A stretch of DNA of 56,511 nucleotides from a virus (lineage: Duplodnaviria; Caudoviricetes): IMG/VR virus record IMGVR_UViG_3300045284_000397, positions 1 to 56,511 of that record; one strand, 5' to 3'. The translations under genes were made by a program, and so were the position numbers. The notes under the pieces were generated by a model that ran no database searches, was not told the origin of the DNA, and worked only from the letters and a program-made list of their open reading frames with translations. Shown here in pieces: positions 17,881 through 28,104 of the stretch. How positions within the stretch are numbered: the stretch's first letter is position 1; each line of letters opens with the position of its first letter.

Positions 17881-18956
17881 CGTTGACCCAGCATCCGCTC
17901 AACAAGACGGTCATCGAAGCGCTGCGCGCTAACCGCGCCGAGTACAAGAAGCGCGACACGGCGATCACCGGCTTCTTCAACGCCGACGGGACGATCAACT
18001 ATAACCCGATTGCAGGATTAGACCCGGGTTATATCTGGCTGCATTACGAGGATGCGCGCTCGGCATTTCGCGCCATCGTTGGCGACGGGATGCACGCCTA
18101 TACCGGAAGCGCGGGCGTGCGCGTGCGCACCGGTTTCAACGATGTGGGGGAAATTGTCGCACTGGGGGCGGTCGCCGACAGCGTGAACGCGCCCATCATC
18201 GACCAGTTGCAGCAAGCCGACAAAAGTAACATTTACCTGGAAAGCAGTCATTTCAAGCCCGGCTTGCTGCGCCCCTGGGTCGAAGGCGGCTACGGGCTGA
18301 TGGTCTACGTTGAACCCCTGACGCACGCGGGTGTTGTCATCGGCGACGTGGCGCTGGACGTGAGCGCTTACGTTCCCGCAACGAGCGGCTACAGCGGACT
18401 GGTGGTGGTTTATTACGACGTATCCGCGGCGGCGCTCGGCGCGGTCGCCGGGACGACCAGTGCGCTTCCGGCGAGCAGCTACAGCCTGACCGACGTGGTA
18501 GCGATTGCGCTGGGCGACACGGATCGCATCCGGCTCGGCGCGCTGCTGCTGACCAACGGGCAGACGACGATTGCCAGCTTCCTGACCAGCGACGGCAGTC
18601 CGGCGTTCTTCGAAGGGCGCGACTGGCTGACGCTGGAAGGGGGTGGCGGCGGCGGGGGCGGCATCAACGTCACCGTGCGCGTCGTCACGGCGGCGGGCGC
18701 GATTACCGTCACCAACGCCGATTACGTGGTGGTCGTGAATAAGACCGTCGGGGCGGCAACGACAGTCAATCTGCCCGGCAGTCCAACGATGGGGGACTGT
18801 TACGTGATAAAAGATTCTAAAGGCGACGCCGCGACCAATAACATCACGCTCACACCTGCCGCCGGGACGATAGATGGCGCAGGGACGTATGTGATGAGTG
18901 TCAACCGCGAGAGTATTTCAATTGTGTATACAGGCTCGGAATGGGCAATTGTCTAA
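17868..18956 (+). CDS. Minor tail protein / fibre
   Basis: Poly-Gly linker, then C-terminal 'TVNLP....GD.Y.IKD..G.A....ITL....TIDG' domain typical of fibres. Confidence 0.65.
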   Translation: MRELTLTQHPLNKTVIEALRANRAEYKKRDTAITGFFNADGTINYNPIAGLDPGYIWLHYEDARSAFRAIVGDGMHAYTGSAGVRVRTGFNDVGEIVALGAVADSVNAPIIDQLQQADKSNIYLESSHFKPGLLRPWVEGGYGLMVYVEPLTHAGVVIGDVALDVSAYVPATSGYSGLVVVYYDVSAAALGAVAGTTSALPASSYSLTDVVAIALGDTDRIRLGALLLTNGQTTIASFLTSDGSPAFFEGRDWLTLEGGGGGGGGINVTVRVVTAAGAITVTNADYVVVVNKTVGAATTVNLPGSPTMGDCYVIKDSKGDAATNNITLTPAAGTIDGAGTYVMSVNRESISIVYTGSEWAIV

Positions 18957-19038
18957 TTTCGTTATGAACCACAATTACGAGAGCATCAGCCTCGTAGCGA
19001 TCAGTAGTTCGGCGTGGAACATCGTTTAAGGAGGGGCT

Positions 19039-19344
19039 ATGCCCGATCAGATCGTCAACGTTCCCAGTAGCGGAACAACACCCGTCGCGCCGATTGACGT
19101 GGCGCAGATTACGCGCGCGGATCAAACGCTCGCCGACCGTCAGCGCGTGGTGATCGCTGACCCGACGACCGCCGACGGTTCTGCCAAAGTAGACGGACAA
19201 CTCGGCTTACAAGTCGATTTGAACCGCGAAATTTACGCCCTGCTGCTCGAACAGACCAAGCTCCTGCGTGCCATGTGGCTGATGGCGACGATGTACACCG
19301 GAATCAAAGTCGATCCTGATACGTTTCCCACAGAAAGAGGTTAG
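19039..19344 (+). CDS. Hypothetical structural protein
   Basis: Strong RBS AAGGAGG; 'RQRVVIAD' motif. Confidence 0.6.
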   Translation: MPDQIVNVPSSGTTPVAPIDVAQITRADQTLADRQRVVIADPTTADGSAKVDGQLGLQVDLNREIYALLLEQTKLLRAMWLMATMYTGIKVDPDTFPTERG

Positions 19345-19347
19345 ATC

Positions 19348-20103
19348 ATGCCCGTCGATTTTAACGTCAGCGCTCGTATTCGCCGGATGCTCCCCGCGCC
19401 TCAAGCGGAAAGCTCCTATGATGTCCTGCGCGCCGCCCGCTACAATGAACTCTTTGTCAACCCGCTCGTCGTCTCGCGCCATGTCCTCTCGGACGAAGGC
19501 TCGTATTTCGTAGCGACCAACCCGACGCCCGGCACAGCGCTGCTGCAAGTGCTGACGACGGGCTTTCTGGATACGACGCCCGCGCTCTACATGCACAACG
19601 GCGACAGCCCCTCGAACGCCGCCGCTAAGCGCGTCTATCTGGACTACATCAAGTTCATTGTCACGACTGTCCCGGCTTCGACCACGCAGAGCAATTATAC
19701 GCTGGTGCTCGATAACGTCGCGCGGACGCTCTCGACCGACAACACCTCCAAGTTGACGCCCAAGAATACCAATATGGATAGCTCGTCGGCGTCGGTTGTC
19801 GATGTGCTCGCCGCACAGAACAGCGCGACGGCTTCGGTGATCGCCGCGTCTTCGCAGAGCAAACGTATCGTCGCACGCGGCGCGCTCGGCGGTATCCCGA
19901 TCCTGGGCGATGAACTGGTCATCCAGTTCGGCAGTAACGACGTGGGCAGTTACGGCGCAACCGCCGTCGCCAGCCGCAAGGTCTCCGCCGCCGCGCCCGT
20001 GATTTTGGGCCCCAACCATTCGCTCGTGCTGCATCAGTGGTGGGTGGGTAATGCGGCGACGGCGGGACAGTATGAAATCGAGTTGGGATGGTGGGAACGG
20101 TAG
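19348..20103 (+). CDS. Putative structural protein
   Basis: In the tail region, beta-rich, ends 'ELGWWER'. Confidence 0.55.
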   Translation: MPVDFNVSARIRRMLPAPQAESSYDVLRAARYNELFVNPLVVSRHVLSDEGSYFVATNPTPGTALLQVLTTGFLDTTPALYMHNGDSPSNAAAKRVYLDYIKFIVTTVPASTTQSNYTLVLDNVARTLSTDNTSKLTPKNTNMDSSSASVVDVLAAQNSATASVIAASSQSKRIVARGALGGIPILGDELVIQFGSNDVGSYGATAVASRKVSAAAPVILGPNHSLVLHQWWVGNAATAGQYEIELGWWER

Positions 20104-20106
20104 TTC

Positions 20107-20313
20107 GTGTCGCTCCTGCTGCTGTTCAATTGCCCGCTCCTCTCCCAGACACCCACGCTCGCGCTCAGTTTCTTCGCTTCCGCCGCGCCTGCTCCGGTGA
20201 TGTTCGTTATGGGAGCGCCGGACACGCCCGCTGTACGAGCGCCTTTGCCGCCTGAACCGCCAGATGTGATTCATATCGGCACGACCAGTTCAAAGCGAGT
20301 ACCCATTTTATGA
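20107..20313 (+). CDS. Hypothetical protein
   Basis: Fills the gap and overlaps the next gene via ATGA. Confidence 0.45.
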   Translation: MSLLLLFNCPLLSQTPTLALSFFASAAPAPVMFVMGAPDTPAVRAPLPPEPPDVIHIGTTSSKRVPIL

Positions 20314-21368
20314 CTTATATTCCCGGCAGCGGCACAGCCTCACCGCTCACGACCAAAGGCGATTTGTACGGCTACAGCACGGTTGACGCGCGCATCCCGG
20401 TCGGGACGAATGGACAGTATCTCGGCGCGGACAGCACGAACGCGCTCGGCGTGAGTTACCAGACCATTCCGACCGTTGGCGGCGTGGCAACGGTGCTCAA
20501 TGTCAACACGACGCAGGTCGGCAACGTCGGCGGCGGCACGGACGATCTGATTACCTTCAGCGTTCCCGGCGGCACGCTGGCGAATAACGGTGAATATCTG
20601 CACGGCGTCATGGCGGGCAGCTTTGCCGGAAACATCAACAGCAAAACGCTGACCGCCGTCTTCGGCTCAACCACCTTCTTCACCAGCGGCGCGCTCTCGG
20701 TCGTCTCGGCGGCGGACTGGTCGCTCGAATTCTGGATTTACCGCATCACGGCGACGACGCAACTGATCATCGCTATGTACACCAGTAGCTTTGGCACGCT
20801 CTCAGGCGATGCGATTGTCACCGCAGCATCCGAGACGCTTTCAGGCGCGCTGACGCTCAAATGCACAGGGGCGGGCACGAGCAACAATGACATTGTGCAG
20901 AAGGTGTTGAGCGTTGAGAAGTGGGTATTCGCTTCAAGCGCCAATAACAGTCTGCCCAAGATTGCGGTGCTGCAATCGGCGACCATGACCATCACGGCGG
21001 GCGGCGGCACGAAGCAGATTTCCGGCGTCACTAATCAATATATCGGCATTACCCGCCCATCGACACACGCGAACGGCGACGCTTTCAGCCTGGCGTTCTT
21101 CATCCGGGACGGAACGTACACCTTTCACGCGCTCTACTACAAATCAAGCGATGCGCCCAAGGTGGATATTTCAGTCGATGGCGTGTCGATTGTCACGGGC
21201 TTAGACCTTTACAATGGGGTGAACCTCCTCAATGTCGAGAGCACCGCTGGCAGTATCGTCATTAGTCCGACGAGCGACGGGATGCATACACTGCTCGTCA
21301 CAACCAACGGCAAGAATGCCAGCAGCAGCGACTACTATACCAACTTCACGATGTTTTGGTTTGATTAA
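20310..21368 (+). CDS. Tail fibre / receptor-binding protein A with C-terminal CBM-like domain
   Basis: N-terminal 'LTTKGDL......RIPVGTNGQYL.ADS' fibre repeat; the last ~130 aa are paralogous to 21850-23484. Confidence 0.65.
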   Translation: MTYIPGSGTASPLTTKGDLYGYSTVDARIPVGTNGQYLGADSTNALGVSYQTIPTVGGVATVLNVNTTQVGNVGGGTDDLITFSVPGGTLANNGEYLHGVMAGSFAGNINSKTLTAVFGSTTFFTSGALSVVSAADWSLEFWIYRITATTQLIIAMYTSSFGTLSGDAIVTAASETLSGALTLKCTGAGTSNNDIVQKVLSVEKWVFASSANNSLPKIAVLQSATMTITAGGGTKQISGVTNQYIGITRPSTHANGDAFSLAFFIRDGTYTFHALYYKSSDAPKVDISVDGVSIVTGLDLYNGVNLLNVESTAGSIVISPTSDGMHTLLVTTNGKNASSSDYYTNFTMFWFD

Positions 21369-21494
21369 GGAAAACCATGAGGTCTCCCATGCATCGCATT
21401 CTGCTCGTCTGCTTCGTCTGCCTGCTGCTCGCCCTGCTGACCGAAGGCGTCGCCGCCTGCCGTCAGCCCTTAGCGGCGGCGCAGGGCGCTCAGT
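21368..21494 (+). repeat. 127-bp direct repeat, copy 1 (RBS plus lipoprotein signal peptide)
   Basis: Matches 23926-24052 except ctc versus ttt (2 nt). Confidence 0.9.
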
Positions 21495-21853
21495 ACCGCG
21501 CAACCTTCTACCAGTGGGCAAACCCGACGGCTTCGCCGAATTTTCACAACGGCTTTGATTTCGGCGTGCCCCTGAATGAGGCGCAGATCGCCGTCGTGCG
21601 CGCGTGGCGGGATCGCGTGTGGGCGTGGGCGTTGGACGCCGTACGCACCTATGACATCGTGATTGAGACGGGGCAGGGACGGCGCTACTACCTGATCGCC
21701 GTCAGCCCCACTCAGCCGATTTACGCCTACGTCTTCGCCTTCACGCCGGAGAGCCTTGTGCCGGGCGGCGTACCCTATGGCGCGCATCCCAACGCCGTTT
21801 ATCGCGTGCCGCTGGATGATGTGCGGGCGCTGGCGAATGGGAGCAGCCATTGA
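21377..21853 (+). CDS. Putative lipoprotein
   Basis: Basic N-region, hydrophobic H-region and lipobox-like VAA-C. Confidence 0.6.
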   Translation: MRSPMHRILLVCFVCLLLALLTEGVAACRQPLAAAQGAQYRATFYQWANPTASPNFHNGFDFGVPLNEAQIAVVRAWRDRVWAWALDAVRTYDIVIETGQGRRYYLIAVSPTQPIYAYVFAFTPESLVPGGVPYGAHPNAVYRVPLDDVRALANGSSH

Positions 21854-23484
21854 ACTCACTCATCTCAGTCGCACGGGCGCGCGGCGGGGGCGGCGGCGTG
21901 ACAACCGTCACGGCTTCCGCGCCGCTGGCGTCGAGCGGCGGCGCGACGCCCAACATCAGCATCAATCTCTCGACGGGCAGCGGTAGTGTTGTTCTCGCCA
22001 CGTCGCCGACGATTGTCACGCCGACGATTGCCAGTTTCGTCAACGCGACGCACAGCCATGCCAACGCAGCGGGCGGCGGGACGCTCAACGCCTCGGCAAT
22101 CGCGGCGGGGACACTGGCATTGGCGCGCGGCGGCACGAATGCCGACCTGAGCGGGACGGGCGCGGCGAGTTCCTTTCTGAAACAGTCCTCACTCGGTGCG
22201 GCGATCAGCGTGGGCACGATTGCCAGCGCCGACATTACGACGGCTCTACTGACGCCCCCCCCGATTGGCGCGTCCTCGCAGAATACAGGCGCGTTTACGA
22301 CCCTCGCCGCGACCAGCATCTCTCTCTTTGGTTCAGGCGGCGCGGGTCAGTTCGTCAAGCAATCATCGCTGAGTGGCAATTTCAGCACAGCCGTAATTGT
22401 CGCCAGTGATTTATCCGCCGCCGCCGCCGATGGTTTTCTGGTTGATACGTTCATCTTCAAACACAACCCATCGTTGGTTTTCCAGACACCGGGGGCAGAT
22501 ACCGACTTCTGGATCGGCGTCCAGGACGATAGCGGCGGCACAGACAATGACGCCTTCCAGATCGGTAAGACACTCACACCCGGAACAACGCCTTTCCTGA
22601 CGATCACTTATCAGGGGAAAATCGGCACAGGCACAACCCCGGACGCAGGCAGCCGCTTGACGGTCAAGGACGCGGGGTTATCGGGGACAACGGGCGGCGA
22701 ACAGTACATCGCTGCGGTTCACGCTGACGACGACGGGCCCTATCTTGCGGGGTTCTTCAACGATACCGTCAGCTCGACTATCCCGGTCTTTCAGTATTTT
22801 GGCTGGTCAAGCAGCGGCGGCGGTTTCGTCTCTGGCGATTTCGAGATGGGCAATCCGGCGGCAAAGAAAGTCGCCATTTACACGAATGGCGTCAGCAATC
22901 CACGCCTGATTATTGACGGCAGTGGTAACATCACATTTCAAACAGGGACTTTCTTTCCGGCTCAGTATACAACGGGCGGACGCCCGGTTTATGTCAAGGG
23001 TGCAGTGGCTTACGATACAACCCTCGGCAAGCTGATTGTCGGTGGGCTGACTGACTGGGAAGCGGGCGCCATCTATCCCACTACCGCCTTCGTCCCGGCG
23101 TCATTTATGAAAATCACGGCGGGCGGCGGGACACGCACGATTTCTGGCGTCTCCGGTCAGTACCTGGGCGTTGTCCGCCCCTCAACCCACGCCAACGGGG
23201 ACGCTTTTAGCCTCGACTTCTTCATCAAAGCCGGGACGTACACCTTTCACCGCCTGCTCTTCAAAGCCAGCGACAGCGGCAAGGTGGACTGGACGCTGGA
23301 CGGCGCGTCGATTGTCACCGGGGAAGACCATTATAACGGCGTCAACACGTTCGGGGTGGAAAACACGACTGGCAGCATCGTCATTACCGGGGACGGAATG
23401 CATACCTTAGTTGCCACCGTCAATGGGAAAAATGGTAGCAGCAGCAGCTACTACACAAACTATGCTGCTGTATGGTTCGATTAG
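21850..23484 (+). CDS. Tail fibre / receptor-binding protein B with C-terminal CBM-like domain
   Basis: S/T/G/A-rich fibre motifs ('[13 protein letters not shown]', '[10 protein letters not shown]', '[10 protein letters not shown]'); C-terminus paralogous to protein A. Confidence 0.7.
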   Translation: MNSLISVARARGGGGGVTTVTASAPLASSGGATPNISINLSTGSGSVVLATSPTIVTPTIASFVNATHSHANAAGGGTLNASAIAAGTLALARGGTNADLSGTGAASSFLKQSSLGAAISVGTIASADITTALLTPPPIGASSQNTGAFTTLAATSISLFGSGGAGQFVKQSSLSGNFSTAVIVASDLSAAAADGFLVDTFIFKHNPSLVFQTPGADTDFWIGVQDDSGGTDNDAFQIGKTLTPGTTPFLTITYQGKIGTGTTPDAGSRLTVKDAGLSGTTGGEQYIAAVHADDDGPYLAGFFNDTVSSTIPVFQYFGWSSSGGGFVSGDFEMGNPAAKKVAIYTNGVSNPRLIIDGSGNITFQTGTFFPAQYTTGGRPVYVKGAVAYDTTLGKLIVGGLTDWEAGAIYPTTAFVPASFMKITAGGGTRTISGVSGQYLGVVRPSTHANGDAFSLDFFIKAGTYTFHRLLFKASDSGKVDWTLDGASIVTGEDHYNGVNTFGVENTTGSIVITGDGMHTLVATVNGKNGSSSSYYTNYAAVWFD

Positions 23485-23495
23485 GGAGCGAGAGA

Positions 23496-23924
23496 ATGCA
23501 GCTAACAGGCTTTGACGCCAACGGCACAGACGGCTCGAACCTGCTGTTGATGGATATTCTGGTCGAAGTGGGCGGGCAATCCAACCGACTTCATATTGCT
23601 GACTTGGATGCGCCGACACGCAGCGCCTTGCAAACGGCGGTCAATACGCAGACGGGCGCGGCGCTCAAAAGTGCTGTCGAGAGCCTGCTTGCGCCGCTCT
23701 TTCCCGCCGAAACCGACTTAAGTGCCGCCAGCGCTTCTCGTGTGGCGGCGGCGCTGACTGCCGCCGACGGGCGTATCGCCACGATTGCTGCTGACCGCGC
23801 GGCGCTGACTGCGGCAACCACGCTGGCTCAGGTCAAGCCGATTGTCGATAGGCAGTTGCAAGCCGAGAGCGTCCTGCTGACCGATCTCGAAATTCTGATT
23901 AAAGCCCTGCGCTGGCTCGTCTAA
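23496..23924 (+). CDS. Hypothetical protein (possible fibre chaperone)
   Basis: GGGAG RBS; helical; follows fibre B. Confidence 0.5.
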   Translation: MQLTGFDANGTDGSNLLLMDILVEVGGQSNRLHIADLDAPTRSALQTAVNTQTGAALKSAVESLLAPLFPAETDLSAASASRVAAALTAADGRIATIAADRAALTAATTLAQVKPIVDRQLQAESVLLTDLEILIKALRWLV

Positions 23925-23925
23925 G

Positions 23926-24052
23926 AGGAAAACCATGAGGTCTCCCATGCATCGCATTCTGCTCGTCTGCTTCGTCTGCCTGCTGTTTGCCCTGCTGACC
24001 GAAGGCGTCGCCGCCTGCCGTCAGCCCTTAGCGGCGGCGCAGGGCGCTCAGT
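23926..24052 (+). repeat. 127-bp direct repeat, copy 2
   Basis: See copy 1; the offset is 2558 bp. Confidence 0.9.
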
Positions 24053-24159
24053 TCGCGCATCACGCGGGTGCTGGGCGTGCTCTATCCGATTATCCTTCCG
24101 GCGTTCCTGCTGCTCTTGCAGCGCGTAATGAGAACCCATCCGGCTTGACTCTCGCCTAG
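23935..24159 (+). CDS. Short putative lipoprotein or truncated paralogue
   Basis: Shares the first 39 aa with 21377-21853 (one substitution), then has an unrelated 35-aa tail. Confidence 0.4.
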   Translation: MRSPMHRILLVCFVCLLFALLTEGVAACRQPLAAAQGAQFAHHAGAGRALSDYPSGVPAALAARNENPSGLTLA

Positions 24160-24190
24160 TTCGTCAACGCAACTTAAAGGAGCTTTTGCC

Positions 24191-24472
24191 ATGAACGAAC
24201 CATCCAACGGGCACATGGTTGCTGACACACAGACGCAGGACGCGCCCAACCGTCACGAGCGGCGGCGAGCGGCAAAGAAAGTGCCGCTCGCCGTGAACGC
24301 CGGAATAAGCGCCGAACCTGCCCAATTCAGTGCTGAGTGGTGGAAGTTGGTCATCGCCAACAATGAGCAATTAGCCGCCGAGAAACTTTCAGAATATAAT
24401 CAATTGCTCGGCGCGGTATCCTTTGCCAGGCAAGCGCTTGAACTGGCGCAGAAACAAGCCGCGCAGGAGTAA
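24191..24472 (+). CDS. Hypothetical coiled-coil protein
   Basis: AAGGAG RBS; 'PNRHERRR' motif. Confidence 0.6.
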   Translation: MNEPSNGHMVADTQTQDAPNRHERRRAAKKVPLAVNAGISAEPAQFSAEWWKLVIANNEQLAAEKLSEYNQLLGAVSFARQALELAQKQAAQE

Positions 24473-24475
24473 GCT

Positions 24476-25201
24476 ATGACCACCGGACTTCTGAAAATTG
24501 GCGAGAGCGTAACCCTTACTTTCGTTTGGTTTAATGCTATCGCCGCGCCCGCTGATGCGCCTCTCACCACGCTCTCGCCCGCGCCGACGCTCGCCATGAC
24601 CGACCCGTCGGGGACGGTGACTGCGCCCGCGCTGGTGCATCGCGGCACGACGGAATATTACGACTATTCGTTCGTCCCGACTGCCGTTGGCGCGTGGGGC
24701 TTTCAGGCGCGCTGCACCGACGCATTAGTTGCGGAAGAGTATGCCGATCCGCTCACCGTCTGGGTGACGGCGAACTCGCTGGCGGACATTCTCGCCAAGA
24801 CCAACCTGATCCAGGTCGGCGGGATCACCGTTGCCAGTCCGGTTTCCCCGGCGACGGGGAATTTGACGCTCTATCAAGGCGTATCCTATATTCCCAGCAG
24901 CGGCGAAATCCTGCCCGAATGGAGCAGCACCGATTGGACGCCCTTCAGCCTGACGACGGCGGCAAGCGTGACGTGGTACGTCAAAAACCCCTCCTCCGTC
25001 GTCTCATCCGGCGCGGTTGCCGTTCTGAGCGACACCGACGTGCAGATACAAACGTTCACCAGCGCCGTCACCGATACACTGAACGTCGGCAGGAACATCT
25101 ACAGGTTGCAGGTGTGGGCGATACTCGACGTGGCGCACGGAAACGCGGAAGTCATTATCGTCGATGTGCAACTCACCGTGAGTGATGACATTCGCCAGTA
25201 G
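24476..25201 (+). CDS. Putative virion protein with two Ig/BppU-like beta domains
   Basis: 'DPSGT...G.Y.Y.F.P...G.W' and 'T.TL..G...Y.LQV' patterns. Confidence 0.5.
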   Translation: MTTGLLKIGESVTLTFVWFNAIAAPADAPLTTLSPAPTLAMTDPSGTVTAPALVHRGTTEYYDYSFVPTAVGAWGFQARCTDALVAEEYADPLTVWVTANSLADILAKTNLIQVGGITVASPVSPATGNLTLYQGVSYIPSSGEILPEWSSTDWTPFSLTTAASVTWYVKNPSSVVSSGAVAVLSDTDVQIQTFTSAVTDTLNVGRNIYRLQVWAILDVAHGNAEVIIVDVQLTVSDDIRQ

Positions 25202-25230
25202 AGTGAGATGAGAAGGAACAGGACAACGCT

Positions 25231-25860
25231 TTGACTCCTGAAACTCTAGGGCTACTCATCCAGATTGTTTCCTCGCTGGCAATCCTGGCGGGGCTTTACT
25301 TTACGCTCCGGGAACTGCCCAGCAAGATTAAGGAAAACATGGCGTCGGCGGCGGTCAGCGTTTCGACTGCCAATAAAGCCGACGCGGAGACGGTAGCGGC
25401 TTACGTGTCCAATCAAAAAGCGCTTCTGGACGCCTATTCTGCGCAGGGAATGCTTTATATCGCGGCGCAGGAAGCGCTCGTGAAACTAGGAAATCGACTA
25501 GGACTGATTGAACTCGAAAACGCATCTCTAAAACTCGATGTCAAAGCCGCTTTAGCGACGATTGCCGACCGCGATGAGACGATTAGGGCAACGGATGCTC
25601 GCACAAGGGATTACCCCGCGAGACTGAAGCTGCTCGAAGACGAACTTCTTGCCGAAAGAACTGCGCGCAAAGCGGATCAGGAAACGGCGGCGCTCAATGC
25701 CAGGACTGCCGCGACGCTGGCGAAAAATGCTGAGGCGCATATTGCCGTCGCCGCTGCGCAGATACCGCCCAACGCCCCGGCAGACGACGCGACGCTGACC
25801 GTCTCCGCGCCCGCCCACATCGAAGTCGTTGAGAAGACCGCGCCGGATCAAGCGAAATAA
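25231..25860 (+). CDS. Membrane-anchored coiled-coil protein (lysis module)
   Basis: N-terminal TM helix plus a long coiled coil, upstream of the endolysin. Confidence 0.55.
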   Translation: MTPETLGLLIQIVSSLAILAGLYFTLRELPSKIKENMASAAVSVSTANKADAETVAAYVSNQKALLDAYSAQGMLYIAAQEALVKLGNRLGLIELENASLKLDVKAALATIADRDETIRATDARTRDYPARLKLLEDELLAERTARKADQETAALNARTAATLAKNAEAHIAVAAAQIPPNAPADDATLTVSAPAHIEVVEKTAPDQAK

Positions 25861-25872
25861 GGAGAAAAGGCT

Positions 25873-26082
25873 ATGCTCACTCTCGCTACAACATTCATGG
25901 CACTAAACTTGTCCGTCGAGAACTGGATCGTGGCGCTGATCGTCCTCGTGATCATCATCGTCCTCTTCGTAGCAATCTGGCCCCTTGTCAGTCCCTTCTT
26001 CGGAAAATTTGCGAATGTCGTGTTAGCTTTCATCGCCATCATCGTCCTGCTTTTTATTGCCCACGTCCTGGGATTCATCTGA
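25873..26082 (+). CDS. Holin-like two-TM protein
   Basis: Almost entirely hydrophobic and adjacent to the endolysin. Confidence 0.55.
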   Translation: MLTLATTFMALNLSVENWIVALIVLVIIIVLFVAIWPLVSPFFGKFANVVLAFIAIIVLLFIAHVLGFI

Positions 26083-26098
26083 TCGCTATCGAGCGCTA

Positions 26099-27667
26099 AT
26101 GTCTAACGGACTGCTCGGCTTAAACGTCCGCACGCTCGGCGTCTCCCGCGACGCTATTCTGTCTGCCGCATGGCAAATCGGCGGCGCGTGGCTTCTGATT
26201 CAGGACGACCCCGAACTCGTCGCGCAAGCGAAAGCGGCGGGACTGCGCACGATCTACCGGCAGTCCGGCGATGAGACGCTGGCGACTGACCCCGCCGTGT
26301 TCGTGCAAACGCGCGCGGAGAAGGGCGCGGACTACGTATATCTGACGAACGAACTTGACCCGACGCCTGAAGTTCTTGCCTACACAATGGAGTGCATGAA
26401 GTATGCCGACAAAATCGGCGCGAAATGTGTCATCGAAAACCTCTCGACGGATCGAACCGAAGACACCTGGCGTAGTTCGATGGACGTACTCACCTATGCC
26501 ATACAGCGTGATCACGCTGTTGGATGCCATGTCTACCTTCGGTCTGGAAAATTCGTCGGGGACAATCTCAGCTTTCTACCCATCAAACATCAACTCGGCG
26601 GGCTTTGGCTCGTCACCGAATACGCCTTCTACGTCGATGCGTACAACGGCTGGCGCGGGCGCTTAAGCCCCGCACAGTACGGCGCATTCCTCGACAGCAC
26701 ACTCCCCCTCTTTCAGCGCGAACAGATGCCCGTCCTGCTCTTCAGCGGCGAGAACTGGAAGCCGAATGAGCAGGGTAAAGCGTCCGGCTTTGGCGTGCTC
26801 GACAATGCCGAGATGCTCAACGAACTGGTGCGCGTCAACCAAACATTCACTTGGAGTATGCCCATGACTCAACCCGCTATTCCTTCACGCGCCGACCTCG
26901 GCACGCCGACAATCGTGACCGTTCTCTCCGTCGCCAAGTCCTTCGTCAACATCCGCGCCGAGCCGAACGCCAGCAGCGCGCGCGTCGGCACATTCGCGGC
27001 GGGCGCGGTGATCACGCTGCGCCCGCAGAAAACCCCTGTGCTCAATGGGCACGCCTGGTTCGCAGTCGAAACCCCAGCAGTCGGCTGGGCGGCGGCGGAT
27101 GTGTTCACCTATCAGGTGGGTGTGGTGACGCCGGAAGCGTGGACAGTCAATTTGCTTGTGCCCTACGTCAATCAGAATGACACGAACGCCGATGTGTCAT
27201 TCAACGACTGCGGCATAGCTTCCCTGCTCATGCAAATCCGCTACTGGTGCATCCAGCACGGGTTGAAAACGCCGTCTTTGCCGACGGTGGACGACCTCGA
27301 AAAGTACACCCCATTGGCGCTCCCGAACCCGCCGCACGGTTTGACGTTCGCGGACATTGCGACGCTGGCAGGCAAACTCGGCTTCGCAACCCAATACATC
27401 CAGCCGATCAGCATGGCAGACATCACGCGCTATCTGGACGCGGATAAGCCCGTCATGTGCCTGCTCGACTACAGTGTCTATAGCCCCGGCGCGGCGAAGA
27501 TAGCTCATCTCTTGATCGTCAAGGGTTACTCAGATACCGACTTCAACACCGCCGACCCGTATCTGCGCGGCGATAACGTCCGCATCAGCAAGGCGCAGTT
27601 GAGCGCGGCGATGGCAAGTTCGCCGGGAAACGCGCTCGGATTTCAAGCACTCATCCTGACATCGTAA
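26099..27667 (+). CDS. Putative endolysin: GH-like TIM barrel + SH3b + C39-like cysteine peptidase
   Basis: 'LTNE'/'VTEY' catalytic-like Glu pair; 'VNIRAEPN..S.RVG...G...W....GW' SH3b; 'VPYVNQ...NDCG.AS', 'HLLIVKGY' and 'ADP' of C39. Confidence 0.7.
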   Translation: MSNGLLGLNVRTLGVSRDAILSAAWQIGGAWLLIQDDPELVAQAKAAGLRTIYRQSGDETLATDPAVFVQTRAEKGADYVYLTNELDPTPEVLAYTMECMKYADKIGAKCVIENLSTDRTEDTWRSSMDVLTYAIQRDHAVGCHVYLRSGKFVGDNLSFLPIKHQLGGLWLVTEYAFYVDAYNGWRGRLSPAQYGAFLDSTLPLFQREQMPVLLFSGENWKPNEQGKASGFGVLDNAEMLNELVRVNQTFTWSMPMTQPAIPSRADLGTPTIVTVLSVAKSFVNIRAEPNASSARVGTFAAGAVITLRPQKTPVLNGHAWFAVETPAVGWAAADVFTYQVGVVTPEAWTVNLLVPYVNQNDTNADVSFNDCGIASLLMQIRYWCIQHGLKTPSLPTVDDLEKYTPLALPNPPHGLTFADIATLAGKLGFATQYIQPISMADITRYLDADKPVMCLLDYSVYSPGAAKIAHLLIVKGYSDTDFNTADPYLRGDNVRISKAQLSAAMASSPGNALGFQALILTS

Positions 27668-27678
27668 AGGAGTAGGAC

Positions 27679-28104
27679 ATGGCGAAAACGTATCCGGGTG
27701 AATATATCGTTGATCATACGCTTCTATCCGACCGTCAATTTCTAATCGATCTGAAGGCGGAATGGGGTCATAACGAAGACGCTTTTTGCCTTACTCGCGT
27801 AACGCTGGCTCATTGGCTGTACGGCGAAGAAGCCGATGAGATGACAATCGAATCCCGTCTTCAAATCAACGATGGGTATCATGGCGTGGAATTCTCCAAT
27901 TTTGGTGACGCGCAGACAGAAGACGAGCACCTTGCTTCGATCACAAAACTAATGGAAATGGTAATTGCGTATCGCCAAGCCTATGCCGAGGCGCTGGCGA
28001 TTAAGCGCGGGCAAAAAGGCAAGTCCGTCGGCGCGAGTGGGACAATCAGCGTGACGCTGGACGCGGGGAGTTGGAACGGTGGAGAGGCGATCAACAATCC
28101 ATGA
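27679..28104 (+). CDS. Hypothetical protein
   Basis: AAGGAG RBS. Confidence 0.6.
   Translation: MAKTYPGEYIVDHTLLSDRQFLIDLKAEWGHNEDAFCLTRVTLAHWLYGEEADEMTIESRLQINDGYHGVEFSNFGDAQTEDEHLASITKLMEMVIAYRQAYAEALAIKRGQKGKSVGASGTISVTLDAGSWNGGEAINNP

Noticed and set aside
20950-23484. Diversity-generating retroelement TR/VR pair
   Set aside because: The genome has no reverse transcriptase, and the differences between the paralogous tips are extensive and not adenine-specific.
21368-24052. Internal 127-bp repeat as an assembly artefact
   Set aside because: The copies differ at two internal positions and have coherent gene contexts. The length match to k=127 is noted, so read confirmation is still advisable.
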